Shown here piece after piece: positions 11,001 through 18,866 of a DNA stretch of 63,349 nt. The stretch is from a virus (Duplodnaviria; Caudoviricetes), in IMG/VR virus record IMGVR_UViG_3300011115_000278, positions 1 to 63,349 of that record; one strand, given 5' to 3'. The translations under genes and the position numbers were made by a program. The notes under the pieces were generated by a model, which was not told where the DNA came from, did not search any database, and saw only the letters and a program-made list of their open reading frames with translations. How positions within the stretch are numbered: position 1 is the first letter of the stretch; the number at the start of each line of letters is the position of its first letter.

Positions 11001-11454
11001 CTTTGGCTCAACCGCCGCAATGACTACTATGATAACGGACAGCTTGTTAAACCCAACGCGAGTTGATCGCCCACTGCACAAGTACGCATTGTTCAGTAAT
11101 TACTTGTATGACCCAGTTGGTACACGCCGCATGACTGAGTTCTACGAGGAACGTGAAAAAGTTGGCAAGGCTAACACCACGCTAAACGAGTTGATGAAAA
11201 CTGACTTAACCCGTGCTGAAAAATACGCAAATGAGCATTCCGATGAACTTATACTTGAAGGTATGGTTAACTCTACGCTTGAGCAACTGGAACGCACTCG
11301 GGCGTATCGCAAGTATCTAAACAGTCCTGACGGCGCTACAGAAATGAGTAAGGAAGACCGCGAGAGTTCACTCAAAGAAATTAAACAGATGGAACTTCAA
11401 TACGTTAACTGGGTTCGTGAAGCTAAAACTGAGCTACGTAACGTTCAACGCTAA
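5074..11454 (+). CDS. Large polyvalent virion protein (zincin-like metallopeptidase plus LPD38-like C-terminus)
   Basis: 2126 aa. HEIGH at 8341-8355 is followed by a downstream E (FAEWFAD). The C-terminal PFFNAYIQG..W..PGELG..P.IE..NK.F.TG pattern resembles LPD38. N-terminus is ejection-protein-like. Confidence 0.7.
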   Translation: MPRFEITAPDGRKFEITAPEGASQSEVLAYAQANYQSIPQGPKESTIGSELVRGGKQVLSSARTGAESLFDKNKAATEGVARSEAIGQEAGIGPSLEAVQKAYQDKGVLSAAGEAVSQIPRALAGQGANLASMYAAGKAGAAAGAPFGARGRLVGGAAGAAGALLPQFMGSNVERQASEQMDEGKEVDINRTKAYTSAAVQAALEGAGTAFTLGKRVVSGILGVTEDAALRTAKSQVELVKAAERSLAASAGRGVVRGAAEIPVEVGQQILERYQAGLDLTSPEAFKEYGESAYQAALIGGPLGGAAGAVGRGQARSQVEQQRRAEEAARPAPPPPEEIVPGAKLPEEAPVGTQGTLFTPKEMGKRVPEPKEEPAPAKPAAVQQGEQATLGLDFQREYTDLFKERDRLREGPQTPEVKARVAELTGQLTSYDEADIGRRQAEKIIREERIAKEAEQKAADEAGAQRFPGLAGVTPTPTTPTGITQADIDAVGLPLKTSKQWITDNVLGKTVEEIKALVQRDPKLISGTGARAGVLKALIAPQPAAFEEKPNEPTITKTDKPQGELDLGGGESGVGVSGKPTGTDVVQPGTGVPATTGTSATPNGLGLAPAGQPAGTGTTPEGTQPTAVTLSPEAQAAKGLLDAIDKGGVPLNPSKINAIARGLGLDVKKSAKPQETIARLREAVARETQSATTSPVTGAAATTTTTTRPKTTTGAATKTATTKETQAPATTGAPKVVNPFAALVKDTGTAETTVEEEAPKPAKTKSPFDISGPSTIGKKLQTETEETKAGQAAARAARAAEEAEKAAAEAKKTADKITKADEARKAEEAKKAEETRKAEEAKKAEEARKAEEARKAEEARKAKEAKKAEEARKAEEARKAEEAKKAAVAKQFYDQLVVQPTWSKIFGTPRTPIVYEDANFALVRQLNKLKQVRYYAINRQGEESRYPIQMRANQPSWLLAGDYEVLRDAGQALELKETELARNNPNGPFSTGKNIVAANSLDPAIAGYTKNLLNSLGLGHLRVFIHSKPDTFDSSYIDTYKLYGPFARLAEIREPTVNGSATNLGIDGRTYGIYLRSGLTDGQRLEVLAHEIGHIVQAQLYDTASSAEQKAITNEYLAWRAKAKVATKRDLMYMLRNREDAEANIKRSEAYNDADTLASTMQEFDSYWISFAEWFADNVSRWATTNEKPLSIADKFFSRVAQMMRDLVAIVTSRKYPPAKSVADFLNKAGPANFVVQSNISLESNSEIKEQFSISFSDEQLIDSMGPLNRDDKSGLKKLLVGVKANPDIGYVTKFRTQVTDIAATIEKRLREKFDGAVRNSLGELNPMGLYRQAQDYTKMLLEYFQTGTLYKDKTTGLWKSGMGEGVRPPAEVYALIDKYGEKNGYSRERATQIASRVLEGVRLNEMRRSNAQDGTTFLIHLKDNEIDQLVKAYNADPDLQEMSKLMDEARKAMVDNLVAVGRLSAEEGKLWREVVGYVPFDRETIDSVAANFNKAKKISGKGLAQLGKLPELVGSLERPVGNVFDNYLNTLGWMVGQTLKADATLITLRSLEDIGHAKYLGRTNQGKPNVVGAYVNGEMMYWSVPSKYDVMAFKDLNPPKAGWIRAMGAFSNILRKTVTVLPPFALKQVMDDVQRAIMTSGVKNPGALVWMSLTNFPKLALAELRGIQHPIVKEYGRLGLTGEYDFEAGKPAASLLKDLGYKKRGVFETLIHRLDGITRASDLAVRKAIYDQTMNESKGDELLAQTRAREFINFRRRGANQFVTDMITVIPFFNAYIQGMDVLYRAASGKDSSASVDRAQARQMFYSRAITVTMLSSLYALGKDEDDEDYKEMDLRTRDSNWILGGGYKIGVPGELGAIFKVVPERIVEYMKRQGTPEEQTAFDAMRTTLSYMFEQYLGRAMPIPQAIKPVIEAWANKSFLTGKDLEGYHHRAMDPSMRMTEQTSELAKAIAVFSRDEIGVEVSPIMIDNALRGYFGSTAAMTTMITDSLLNPTRVDRPLHKYALFSNYLYDPVGTRRMTEFYEEREKVGKANTTLNELMKTDLTRAEKYANEHSDELILEGMVNSTLEQLERTRAYRKYLNSPDGATEMSKEDRESSLKEIKQMELQYVNWVREAKTELRNVQR
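6725..6958 (+). CDS. Candidate overprinted 77-aa ORF in the +1 frame of the polyvalent gene
   Basis: GAGGAG at 6712-6717 lies 7 nt before ATG 6725. The product looks amphipathic, while the host frame here is low-complexity G/T/P. Confidence 0.45.
   Translation: MNRPLPKRISLKENLTSEEVSQAWEYLVSLPEPTWYNPEPEFPPPPEHLQHLTDSDWHLLDNLLARELHLKERSPLQ
7534..7731 (+). repeat. 18-nt tandem repeats encoding (KAEEAR/KAEEAK)n charged helix
   Basis: Repeated GAAGAAGC(G/T)(CGT/AAG)AAAGCT units. Confidence 0.9.
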
Positions 11455-11753
11455 TAGACTCGCCAGACTCGCGCACCGTACCTCCCGTATTCACAGCGGG
11501 AGCGTACTTCTATTTTGATTTTAAGAAATTTAGTAGCCGGTAGGAGTGCGTTTCGCACTTGCACGGGTGTTGCAGTGGTAGGCAAGAAGAACGAGCTACC
11601 AATAACAAACCGCTCCCAATGAAGAAAATACTCAACCCCAAACAGGGTGAGTACTCTCGTGTTGTCCGACAGCTTTGGCTTGGGCTTGGGGGCCTTTGGG
11701 GTCTTAAATGTCGGAAGCTTCCGCTTGCGCAAACGCCGTTTCGTCGATGCCAA
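11451..11753 (-). CDS. Hypothetical small protein (start uncertain)
   Basis: Last ORF of the leftward arm; it overlaps the convergent polyvalent gene by 4 nt. Confidence 0.55.
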   Translation of the reverse strand: MASTKRRLRKRKLPTFKTPKAPKPKPKLSDNTRVLTLFGVEYFLHWERFVIGSSFFLPTTATPVQVRNALLPATKFLKIKIEVRSRCEYGRYGARVWRVY

Positions 11754-14553
11754 TTACGTCTCCATCAAAGATGTAGCAGCGTACTGCAATACCGCTAAGC
11801 CCCCCTACGGCTCCCGCACCAATCCGAGTGGGATGGGACTTGCCACCGTGCTTCAGATACCCCGCAGTGGTTAGCCGTGTCAAACTATCTCTAACGTCCA
11901 CCTGCCTGCTAGTAAAGTATTTGCGTAGCTCAGCCACAGGTATGGCAAGCGTCTTGGTGTCAGGGTCGTACCGCATCACCAGTTTGCCTTTGGGGGTCAT
12001 TGCGGGTCTCTCAGGCATGCCACCCTTGGGGGTATATGCAGCTACCATTGCGTTATTGACATTCTCGTTAATAAACGCGCCCAGTGTCTCTTGTGCCACA
12101 GTCATTGGATTGCCAACGCTAGACAAGTTAGACGCAATCGACTCCCGCACAACTCCCAACGCAAACTGATATATACGTGTAATGTCAATGTTAATCAGCC
12201 CAAGCTTGGTTGCAATCAACGCACCGACAAAAGCACACGTCAACAAGCAAGAATAAAAACGGTCGGTCTGGTCTAGGTTCAGCGCCTTGTCCACCTTGGC
12301 TTGCATATCGGCAAGTAGCTTCATTACATGGTCGTGGTTGTCAATAATGTACTGAACGTAGATTGGACCTGCCAAGCCGTAATTAGAATTAAGCTTGCCA
12401 AACGTCTCATCAATCTCAGCTTTAGGTGAACCTGTGTATGCGTGAAACGCAATCTCAAGCACTCGACGAAGCTCACCATCTGCCGTACTCTTAAGATTCT
12501 GCAGGGCATCCACAACAGAAGCGTTGCCTGACGACAAAGTAAAGTTACACCATGTTGTATTGTTTACACGTAGTTTATTACTCTGCGCTTCCATACGGTG
12601 CTTGCCTCGCCCTGAGGTAAACCCATAAGCGTAGTCAGACAAAAGCTCTGGTTTCTCATTGGTGATCTCATCTATGGTGAACGCAATGCTGTTCATCATG
12701 CCAAGCAAGTGCATCTTGGAAGCGTACGTGTCGTCTTGTTTCAGCAGTAGGGTATCAGGGTTGCCAAAGATAGAGTTGACCACCATTTGCGCCGTTGATT
12801 TGCCAGAACCCGACCCGTTATGTTTAAGGTGAACTAAAGCGCCTTTTACGTTTTGCTTGGGGCCAATGAACTTTAGCAAGGGTGAACCAAAGCCCAAGAA
12901 CAACGCCAGTGCATGCGTCTCAAGTCCGGGCCGGTTGTAGAAGTTAGCGATCTTGCTCCACTCTTCCAACGTGCCGGTTGGTTTAAACTGCTCGGCCAGT
13001 TCCCGTGTGCCGCTTGAGGGCGGTGCTAGTTTAGTACCGGCTGCGGTGTATTCCAACTCACCTACGACAAAGCCTAGCCCGTCAGGTGTCCACCCCATTT
13101 GACTGCGTGTTTTGTTCGCAGCGTACTGCGACTGCAGTTTGCGTAGTGTCGAAGCAAAGTAAGCCATGATTGCATCCAAGTGTTTTCCGTAAGCGACTAC
13201 ACCGTTTTTAATCAGCAAGTCGCGCATTTTATCTTTGGTGAACAACGTAGTTACCGGAGCGTAGAACCTACGGATACCGTCTTGCTTCATGTGCAAGTTC
13301 AGACCCACCATCTCGCCTTCACCATTACCGTACTTGTCCGAGTCAAAGAATCTCTCTGTTAGGTATAGGTCGTATGGGTAGATTTCAACGTCCTTCTCCT
13401 CGCCATCGGGCGTACGTTCTTTCTTGTACACGCCGCCGTTAGCGCCCCGAAAGTATGGATAGGGGTACGCCGGTATCGACATGGTAAGTGCCGGTGCCGT
13501 CTCGTCCTTGGGTGTCTCGATGATGTACTGGTCATCCTCAACAACTGCTTGTTCTACAAACTTACCCAACAGAATTGGCGTAGAAATCTTCTGCGGGCAA
13601 CCCTCGCACAAAGATGGGTTATTGTCACGATACCACTCGCATGTATACGGACCTTTGGTCTCAGCGGCTTTAGCTTCGGTAGCCTCTGCCGAGTACTCGG
13701 GATGCCGTTTGGACAGCGTGTGGATAGCCGTAGGGCCATCCTCGCAACGCACAGCGATAGACAACGCACCCCGCCACAACGGTTCTTCTAGCGTATCTGC
13801 GTTCTCAATGGCGTGTTTAATCTGCGCACAGCCGTTACTGTTAATACTACGGATAGCTATACGCTTAAACGAACACTTGGGGTAGTCGCCACCACCGCCA
13901 ATATCTTTTGAGGTCTCGTCCATGCCAAATTGTTTGGCAGCACTCAAGTCCATCGCAGGGGCGGGTAACGGTTCAATAAACTCAGCAAGGGACACAGGCG
14001 TACCCATTGCAATAATCTGTACAGGTCTCGATGTTTCGTTTTTAAAGTTATGGGTGCCGGGTATGCGTAAGATGCGAGCCGCATCCGCAGTCACCGCAGG
14101 GTCAGCAAATAGTTTCTTTTGAGCGCACAAACGCTTCAGTGATTTTGCGTGTCGTACCCACTCGGATACAGGCACGTCTTCGGTCAAAGGCCAATAGACA
14201 TGGAGACCACCACCTGAGTTAACAAGCGTCGGACTCGGGAGCTTTGTGTCAGCAACAAATATGGATAGTGCTTGGGCAGCAGCAGCTTGGTCAGCGTATG
14301 GCTTACCTGTACCGCAGTCTAAATCTAAAAAGAACGACCGTAGAAAGATGGCATTGTCCACCTTACGACCTGAGTCATCTTCAAATGTGGCAAGCGCAAA
14401 ATACGCATCCACGCCTTGAGAATCCATACCTGAGCCGACTGCCTCCACGTCTTCAATCGTCGCTTGGAACGATTGCTTGACAGCGTTTGACCGAATACCA
14501 ACAGTGCAATACATGCCCTGCCTAGGTAATACGGAGTTGAGAAAGTCAGTCAC
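11704..14553 (-). CDS. Primase-helicase fusion (AEP/RepB-like primase, Cys cluster, DUF927-type helicase)
   Basis: FLDLD and SGGGLHVYW primase motifs; C..C..CEWY..CEGC cluster; Walker A GSGSGKST and Walker B FTIDE. Confidence 0.8.
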   Translation of the reverse strand: MTDFLNSVLPRQGMYCTVGIRSNAVKQSFQATIEDVEAVGSGMDSQGVDAYFALATFEDDSGRKVDNAIFLRSFFLDLDCGTGKPYADQAAAAQALSIFVADTKLPSPTLVNSGGGLHVYWPLTEDVPVSEWVRHAKSLKRLCAQKKLFADPAVTADAARILRIPGTHNFKNETSRPVQIIAMGTPVSLAEFIEPLPAPAMDLSAAKQFGMDETSKDIGGGGDYPKCSFKRIAIRSINSNGCAQIKHAIENADTLEEPLWRGALSIAVRCEDGPTAIHTLSKRHPEYSAEATEAKAAETKGPYTCEWYRDNNPSLCEGCPQKISTPILLGKFVEQAVVEDDQYIIETPKDETAPALTMSIPAYPYPYFRGANGGVYKKERTPDGEEKDVEIYPYDLYLTERFFDSDKYGNGEGEMVGLNLHMKQDGIRRFYAPVTTLFTKDKMRDLLIKNGVVAYGKHLDAIMAYFASTLRKLQSQYAANKTRSQMGWTPDGLGFVVGELEYTAAGTKLAPPSSGTRELAEQFKPTGTLEEWSKIANFYNRPGLETHALALFLGFGSPLLKFIGPKQNVKGALVHLKHNGSGSGKSTAQMVVNSIFGNPDTLLLKQDDTYASKMHLLGMMNSIAFTIDEITNEKPELLSDYAYGFTSGRGKHRMEAQSNKLRVNNTTWCNFTLSSGNASVVDALQNLKSTADGELRRVLEIAFHAYTGSPKAEIDETFGKLNSNYGLAGPIYVQYIIDNHDHVMKLLADMQAKVDKALNLDQTDRFYSCLLTCAFVGALIATKLGLINIDITRIYQFALGVVRESIASNLSSVGNPMTVAQETLGAFINENVNNAMVAAYTPKGGMPERPAMTPKGKLVMRYDPDTKTLAIPVAELRKYFTSRQVDVRDSLTRLTTAGYLKHGGKSHPTRIGAGAVGGLSGIAVRCYIFDGDVIGIDETAFAQAEASDI

Positions 14554-14573
14554 AGAACCTCACTGGGTTGAGG

Positions 14574-14607
14574 AAAAAATAGGGGTGACAGTACTACCTG
14601 CCACCCC
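14574..14607 (-). terminator. Intrinsic terminator directly upstream of the primase-helicase
   Basis: Minus strand reads GGGGTGGCAG-GTAGTA-CTGTCACCCC-TATTTTTT. Confidence 0.7.
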
Positions 14608-14614
14608 ACGAGGG

Positions 14615-14863
14615 TTACTTACGTTTTGAAAGACGTGCAATAACTTTAGGCATTGCTGCCTGATAACGAGCGCGTGGCACCGATCTACCAGTCAGCCAGT
14701 TGTACACACTCGCACGAGTCACGCCAAACATCAGCGCTATCTCGGTAATCGGTGTACCTTTGTTGATACAAACGTCAGCCAACTGCATAACAATCGGCCT
14801 CTGGTCTGCATCTTCAACTTTCTGAATGAAAAGGGTGTCATGCCCCCGTGGTCTATTACGCAT
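14615..14863 (-). CDS. Cro/XRE-like HTH protein
   Basis: ITEIALMFGVTRASVYNWLTG helix-turn-helix pattern. Confidence 0.75.
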   Translation of the reverse strand: MRNRPRGHDTLFIQKVEDADQRPIVMQLADVCINKGTPITEIALMFGVTRASVYNWLTGRSVPRARYQAAMPKVIARLSKRK

Positions 14864-15746
14864 CTTCGTCAGTAGCCCAGTCGCTCAAAATGTCAGATAC
14901 GTTCTTTGCTGCTGCAGGCGTCTCAGGCTTTGCTTTGGCGGGGGTACGTTTCACTGGCTCAGCCACGGCTTCCGCTTTCTCGACGGCAGCAGGGGCTTCC
15001 TTGAACGACTGTGGTAACGCAGGCATGCCTTCGGCCTTAGATGGAACCATCTTTAACTCAATAGCTTGACGAGCGTCTTCGGTTTGGCTCTGTGCTTTAC
15101 CCAGTTCCCACTCTTCTTTTGACAAGGGGCGTACAGCACGAAACTTCAACACAGGCACTGCTTCGGCTGTGTCAAAGCGAGCTTCGGTCACGATGCCTGT
15201 AATCGGAATACCGTGTCCTGACAAGAACTTACCAAACGCTTGCAGTGGCATCTTCTCGCCTTCAGCACGACCGAAGTATGACTTGGCAGGGACTGACAAA
15301 CGGTAGATGTTGCCACCAATGTCGTTCTCTAAAGCTACAGCCAAACGCTTGCTGTAACGGCAGGCACGAGCCTTACCATCGCCAGAGCCTTCGATGTTCT
15401 GAGGGCAGCTAGCGCAGGTCTTGCTTTGCGGGTTTGCTACTTCTTCATTGGGCACTACGCCTTCAGCAGACCAGCAGGCAGGTTTAATGTCCTTGCCTTC
15501 TTCGTATTTGTCTGCATAGAACGTGCGGGTCACACCCTTGCCGGATGCAATTACCACGAAGTTCATGGCGCGTTCTTCGTTCTTGGCAACTTCTTCGCCG
15601 CCTACGACCATGCGCCACACACCGCCCTTAATAGAGATTTGCTTACCGCCAGAGCTACCTGCAATGTCACGGGTAGTAGCGTCAGAAGCCTCACGTAAAT
15701 AGTCAGGGATAACGGAACCGGATTTGAAAAGTGTCATGTTACTCAT
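14856..15746 (-). CDS. Putative ssDNA-binding protein
   Basis: Lies in the replication module; beta-rich with a Cys cluster, an Ala/Pro/Lys linker and an acidic-aromatic C-terminal tail (DILSDWATDEDA). Confidence 0.5.
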   Translation of the reverse strand: MSNMTLFKSGSVIPDYLREASDATTRDIAGSSGGKQISIKGGVWRMVVGGEEVAKNEERAMNFVVIASGKGVTRTFYADKYEEGKDIKPACWSAEGVVPNEEVANPQSKTCASCPQNIEGSGDGKARACRYSKRLAVALENDIGGNIYRLSVPAKSYFGRAEGEKMPLQAFGKFLSGHGIPITGIVTEARFDTAEAVPVLKFRAVRPLSKEEWELGKAQSQTEDARQAIELKMVPSKAEGMPALPQSFKEAPAAVEKAEAVAEPVKRTPAKAKPETPAAAKNVSDILSDWATDEDA

Positions 15747-15766
15747 TTTGATTTCCTATTGGGAAG

Positions 15767-16156
15767 TTACTTGGATGAACGGCGAACCGTGATCGAGTAT
15801 TTCGACTCGATATTCACACCTGCAGGCATGCTGTCTGGATTCTCTTTGACGAACTGTGCAAAGTTACCTTGCGCAATACGACGTTCGAGTAAGTCAGGGG
15901 CATCATGCTCACGGATGAATTTGTACATACTGTCCCAGTCACTGGTCCAGTAGCGTGTTTTGACGGCTCGTGTAAACGAGCCATGTTGTGTTTTGCCACC
16001 GTCTTGTCCGGTAGTCTTGCATATTTCTAGAAGTTCATGCTCGACGGCATCAAGTTGAACATCAAGGTCAGCTATCTCAGCTTCCATCTGCCTCTTCTTT
16101 ATTTCTTTAGCGTCACGTATTTTGATATACACATTGACTAACTGGCTTGCATCCAT
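15767..16156 (-). CDS. Hypothetical replication-module protein with a coiled-coil N-terminus
   Basis: 129-aa ORF with SD AAGGA. Confidence 0.7.
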   Translation of the reverse strand: MDASQLVNVYIKIRDAKEIKKRQMEAEIADLDVQLDAVEHELLEICKTTGQDGGKTQHGSFTRAVKTRYWTSDWDSMYKFIREHDAPDLLERRIAQGNFAQFVKENPDSMPAGVNIESKYSITVRRSSK

Positions 16157-16190
16157 AGGATTCCTTTGATTTGCGTTGAACTAAATTGAA

Positions 16191-16218
16191 ATTATACACT
16201 GTCAAATTTACATGTCAA
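16191..16218 (-). promoter_or_regulatory. Sigma70-type promoter
   Basis: Minus strand TTGACA (16218-16213), 16-nt spacer, TATAAT (16196-16191), upstream of the ORF starting at 16156. Confidence 0.7.
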
Positions 16219-17761
16219 GCTCTTGTTTGTATAAATCTACTAAACTTTGATGTAAATCTATTTTATTTTGCAGCATGGTGTACACGCGCCGCTCGACAGG
16301 GCTACCTTGTAAGTGTGTAACCGTAACGTGATTTACCTGTCCTGCACGGTGCGCTCGTGAGTTAGCTTGCAAATAGATTTCTGTAGACGCTACTGGACCC
16401 CACCACACAACTTGGTCGGCACGAGTCAGCGTGATACCGTGTGCAGTGGCTTGCGGTACTAGCAGGAGTATGCGTGGGTCGTCCTCGGTTTGGAACTGTT
16501 TGATGATGTCTGCTCGGCGTGTAGAAGCAACGCCGCCATGAATTGTCTGCACTGTGTATCCTTCTTTGAGTAAAGTATTCTCAACCATCTGAAGCGTGTG
16601 CCGGTATGGGATAAACACCAATACTTTATGGTCAGTTTGCTCAATCACATTCAGTAACTCAGTCATGCGATTGGATACGTCAAACTCAACAACGCCTCCG
16701 TCATCGGTATAAACCGCACCTTGCGCAACTTGCAAAAGTTTGTTAAGCATTGCTGCCGCATTTACCGCTGTGATTTCTGAGCCTGCTGCGATAGTCATCA
16801 TTTGTTTTTTAAGTGCGTCGTAGTATTTGGTCTGCTGAGCCGTCAAGGGAACTTCACGAGTTGAATACAACAAGTCAGGCAAGTCCAAGCACTCAAGCTT
16901 TGTGTATCTAATGGCAGGTTGCAATACTTGGTGAACGATCTGTTGTGCGTCTTGTCTTGGCACCCACTTATATTGTGTAAGCTTGAGCATTACCTTGTCA
17001 CGGAACGCACCAAAGAATCTAGGCACGGCATCAGGTGCCACAAGCTTAGCCAGACCATAGGCATCTAGCGGTGACTGCGACGCAGGCGTACCTGTCATCA
17101 TCCACAGGCGTGTAGTAGGTTTAATCAAGGTTGCTAGGCACTTCCACCTATCGGTAGTCACGCTCTTAACTGCGTTAGCCTCGTCCACAATGATGAGGTC
17201 AAACTCACCGGCTTCTAACTCTTTGTTGACTACCTTCACACCATCAAAGTTAATGATTACAAATTCGTAATCCCCTTGGATAACCTTCTGTCTTTGTGTG
17301 CGTGACCCCTGTGCAATAGCCACTGTGCGGTGCATGACTGTCTTAAATAAATCAGATCGCCACGCGGTGTCCATGATGGACACTGGGCACACAACAAGCA
17401 CACGCTTAACCCTGCCCTGACTCATTAGATAATCAGCCGCCCACGCCGCCGCACTGGTCTTGCCTGTGCCTGCTTCGTTGAACACAAAGCAGCGTGGATG
17501 GAGTGTGAGGAATTCTGCAGTGGTACGCTGATGGTCAAAGGGCGTAAACATTCCGGGCCACTGATAGCGTCCCAAAATGGGACTAGGTACATCTCGTATA
17601 CCTAGATTGCGTAACAGTTGCACTTCGTCAAAACCCCAGTTAACAATAACTTGGTCAACGTCTCCGTTGTTCTCAAGCACCTTGCTTTTAGGAATGATAG
17701 AAGTGATTTGATTTGCCTTGCGTGTATTAAACACCAATGCTTTGTTGTCAATGATTTGCAT
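16208..17761 (-). CDS. SNF2-family (SF2) DNA helicase
   Basis: NEAGTGKT, IVDEA, MTGTP, HGITLT and QANSRAHRAGQ motifs. Start moved to MQIIDNK at 17761. Confidence 0.85.
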   Translation of the reverse strand: MQIIDNKALVFNTRKANQITSIIPKSKVLENNGDVDQVIVNWGFDEVQLLRNLGIRDVPSPILGRYQWPGMFTPFDHQRTTAEFLTLHPRCFVFNEAGTGKTSAAAWAADYLMSQGRVKRVLVVCPVSIMDTAWRSDLFKTVMHRTVAIAQGSRTQRQKVIQGDYEFVIINFDGVKVVNKELEAGEFDLIIVDEANAVKSVTTDRWKCLATLIKPTTRLWMMTGTPASQSPLDAYGLAKLVAPDAVPRFFGAFRDKVMLKLTQYKWVPRQDAQQIVHQVLQPAIRYTKLECLDLPDLLYSTREVPLTAQQTKYYDALKKQMMTIAAGSEITAVNAAAMLNKLLQVAQGAVYTDDGGVVEFDVSNRMTELLNVIEQTDHKVLVFIPYRHTLQMVENTLLKEGYTVQTIHGGVASTRRADIIKQFQTEDDPRILLLVPQATAHGITLTRADQVVWWGPVASTEIYLQANSRAHRAGQVNHVTVTHLQGSPVERRVYTMLQNKIDLHQSLVDLYKQELDM

Positions 17762-17783
17762 AATAAATTTAAATAGAAGTGAC

Positions 17784-17813
17784 AAAAATAGCCCAGTAGC
17801 ACTGCTACTGGGC
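17784..17813 (-). terminator. Intrinsic terminator upstream of the helicase
   Basis: Perfect 10-bp stem GCCCAGTAGC/GCTACTGGGC followed by TATTTTT on the minus strand. Confidence 0.75.
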
Positions 17814-17875
17814 AAACCCATTACGGGGAGGAGAAACCAACGAAACAACTTAGCAACTGCAGCCACTAAGTGGTT
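17784..17875 (-). ncRNA. Candidate small RNA with an anti-SD tract
   Basis: Intergenic ~90 nt containing GUUGGUUUCUCCUCCCC and ending in the terminator; possible -10 TAAGAT upstream. Confidence 0.35.
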
Positions 17876-17885
17876 TTATCTTACA

Positions 17886-18170
17886 TTACTTTTTACGCTC
17901 TCGCTTAGAAACTTGTGACTTTAGCGCACCATTTTTAGTGCGGGAGAAGCTAGTGTTTTCTGATTGCGGTGCAGCACGAAGATTGCCTAAGTTTGATTTG
18001 CCGCCTTTAGACATAGCCTTCTTGTGATCTACGTCTACATCGTCAGGCAAAGTGCCATTAGCTTTCTCGTATGCCCGTCGTGCTTTGTGCCTCTCGGACT
18101 GAGCGGCTAGTTGTTTTGGTGTGCCCTGATAGTTTTTATACTCAGCGGCATAATTGCGTTTAGTGGCCAT
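17886..18170 (-). CDS. HNH endonuclease-like protein
   Basis: DVDHKK....GG.SNLGNL......N motif; start MATKRNY. Confidence 0.7.
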   Translation of the reverse strand: MATKRNYAAEYKNYQGTPKQLAAQSERHKARRAYEKANGTLPDDVDVDHKKAMSKGGKSNLGNLRAAPQSENTSFSRTKNGALKSQVSKRERKK

Positions 18171-18825
18171 TATGATTCTCACAAGTAGTAACTGGGCAGA
18201 ACTTACACAGCGCAGAGCTTTTGGGATTCCATACCCCATGCACCACCGCCGTTTCGATTGCACTAGCCCTGCCAGCCCATTTAGACAGGATTTCAGGCAA
18301 TTGACTCCGAGTGTACTCAGACTTAATTACATCGCCAACTACAACAAACAACAGTGCCCCCTTAACGGTATTTACGTCGGGATGGTGAATCATCACCATA
18401 GCTGCCATTAGTTCTAATTGAGCGCTGTCTGCGTAACGACTTGACTTGCCGGTCTTATAGTCGGCTACCCTTGCAACGCCATTGTCGTGGTTGATTGCAA
18501 GATAGTCTGGGATGCCTCGGAACCATACGTCTTTGTCAAAGAATCCACAGGGGGTAAAATTTGCTCGGATGCCAAGTTTTTCTTCGCAACGGATGTCGCC
18601 TTTGAAGCTGGCGAGGGGTTCCACAAATGGTTTGTAATGCGCATAACTTGCCGGAAGTGGTGTTTTATCACGGATGTGTTCCTCAAATGCTTTGTGTACA
18701 GCAGTGCCGTACATGGTTGCTTCAGTGTCTTTAGATTTAAACTTTTTTAGTATCTTGACTTCGTGGTATCTGCGTGGACAACCTTCGTAGTCTTTGATGC
18801 CTGAGTATGAATGGGTTAGCGTCAT
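18160..18825 (-). CDS. PD-(D/E)XK exonuclease (RecB/Cas4-like, Cys cluster)
   Basis: CPRRY..GTAVH..E..PD..DYKTGK..QL..CKFCPVTTC; start MTLTHSYS. Confidence 0.8.
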   Translation of the reverse strand: MTLTHSYSGIKDYEGCPRRYHEVKILKKFKSKDTEATMYGTAVHKAFEEHIRDKTPLPASYAHYKPFVEPLASFKGDIRCEEKLGIRANFTPCGFFDKDVWFRGIPDYLAINHDNGVARVADYKTGKSSRYADSAQLELMAAMVMIHHPDVNTVKGALLFVVVGDVIKSEYTRSQLPEILSKWAGRASAIETAVVHGVWNPKSSALCKFCPVTTCENHNGH

Positions 18826-18866
18826 GGAAAAAACCGAGTTTGTTTTTGCAAGCCCTAGTGTACCAA

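Noticed and set aside
18160-18825. Cas4-like nuclease as evidence of CRISPR-Cas
   Set aside because: Stand-alone PD-(D/E)XK nucleases are routine in phage replication modules, and there is no array or other cas gene.
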